Shown here: one piece after another, positions 62,986-64,000 of the stretch
Layout of the letters: every line of letters begins with the position of its first letter
How positions within the stretch are numbered: the stretch's first letter is position 1
Assembly: GCF_032062105.1 (NCBI RefSeq)
Contig: NW_026928590.1
Span: 186,001 to 250,000 of the forward strand
Source: Saccostrea cucullata
Lineage: Eukaryota
DNA: 64,000 nucleotides
Direction of reading: 5' to 3'
The notes under the pieces: generated by a model
What the model saw: only the letters and a program-made list of their open reading frames with translations
What the model was told of the DNA's origin: nothing
The model's database searches: none
Program-made: the position numbers and the translations under genes

Positions 62986-63738
62986 CACAGGTACTTGTGG
63001 ACAGGACCCCCCCCCCCCCCCGATATTAAACCCCAGGGCTTATTGGACATTTTTTTCAAAAATTATATTTAATACACTTATTCATCATGTGTACAATATG
63101 AAAAAATCGTCAAAACCCCAAAACAATCGCTCCACAAAAAATACCCCACTATACATTATAAGGGAGAAAGGTGTGCCACTCGCTTTGAAATTTCCCTAAG
63201 TAAAAGCAACGGAAGTGCATAGAGAATGTATGATAAAACCCAGAAGATTATTACGTCAGTCCAAAACTCTCTCGGACGTTATCCTAATAAGTAAAACATT
63301 CTCTATGCACTTCCGTTGCGATTACCTACGGAAATTTCAACGTTCTGACTGGAAAGCTGTCTAAGGAGATAATCAGATACTGTGGGATTCTTACGAGATG
63401 CAGAGTTAATCCGATAGCATGCACTAAGACAGAAATATATGTAAAGACGATGTGAATCGACATTTTAGGTTGAAATAAAATAAATACATGTTTTTAAACC
63501 CAGAAAGACCAGTGGGGGTACAACGTAAACAAACCGGAGTGGCATACCTTTCTCCCTTATAATGTATATTGGGGTTTTTTTGTGGAGCGATTGTTTTGGG
63601 GTTTTGACGCTTTTTTCATATTGTACACATAATGAATAAGTATAATAAATATAATTTTTGACAAAATATGTCCAATACGCCCCCCCCCCCGGTTGAATAT
63701 CGGGGAGGGGGGGGTGTTCCTGTCCACAAGTACCTGTG
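62986..63738. mobile_element. Non-autonomous DNA transposon with ~195-bp TIRs and 8-bp TSD (P- or hAT-like)
   Basis: CACAGGTACTTGTGGACAGGA... and its reverse complement; ATTTTAGG at 62978-62985 and 63739-63746; internal hairpin at 63185-63340. Confidence 0.85.
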
Positions 63739-64000
63739 ATTTTAGGTATATATCTAAATATGATAAATTAACCTGGTTAATGAGGTCACTTCATGATCCG
63801 ATATAGAGGTTTTAAATATTTTAGGTTCTCTTAAATTCTATTAAAATTTTTGCAGCCCGCGGGGGACCGTGCTGCTCTAGACATATAAGTTTAAGTGATG
63901 GTGTATGGGAATTGAGGTGGGAGAAGTTATTCAGAATTAAAAGTTAATTTAATGGACCTTTGAGCTTCAAAAATGTTCGTTTTCTCCATATATAATCATT

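Overview
AT-rich, intron-containing animal DNA. The repeat families and gene types suggest a bivalve, probably an oyster (inference). Host genes: (1) a tandem family of type-I membrane receptors built from signal peptide + CUB domain + Thr/Ser mucin stalk + TM + Tyr-motif tail, seen as the 3' half of one copy (754-5279), a frameshifted copy lacking its TM exon (48090-58902) and two orphan stalk pseudo-exons (~45.2-46.5 kb, ~61.1-61.5 kb); (2) a B-box/coiled-coil/NHL TRIM-like pseudogene (20817-22478); (3) an intact six-exon secreted fibrinogen-related (FReD) gene (38168-42151, 289 aa). Much of the rest is transposon-derived: a young full-length but defective Gypsy element (622-bp LTRs, CATG TSD, tRNA-Leu PBS), a BEL/Pao remnant, a decayed ISL2EU-type DNA transposon (THAP/DDE transposase convergent with a SWIM-YqaJ nuclease), nested Helentron-type non-autonomous elements carrying 168-bp and ~437-bp satellite arrays, several MITEs, Penelope-like and SINE fragments, fold-back palindromes, and a 153-N gap. 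No rRNA, tRNA or CRISPR array was found. The best candidate for an undescribed system is the CUB-mucin receptor family with an acidic TM residue and an ITAM-like tail, located beside FReD and TRIM-like genes. All exon models were read by eye and are unvalidated.
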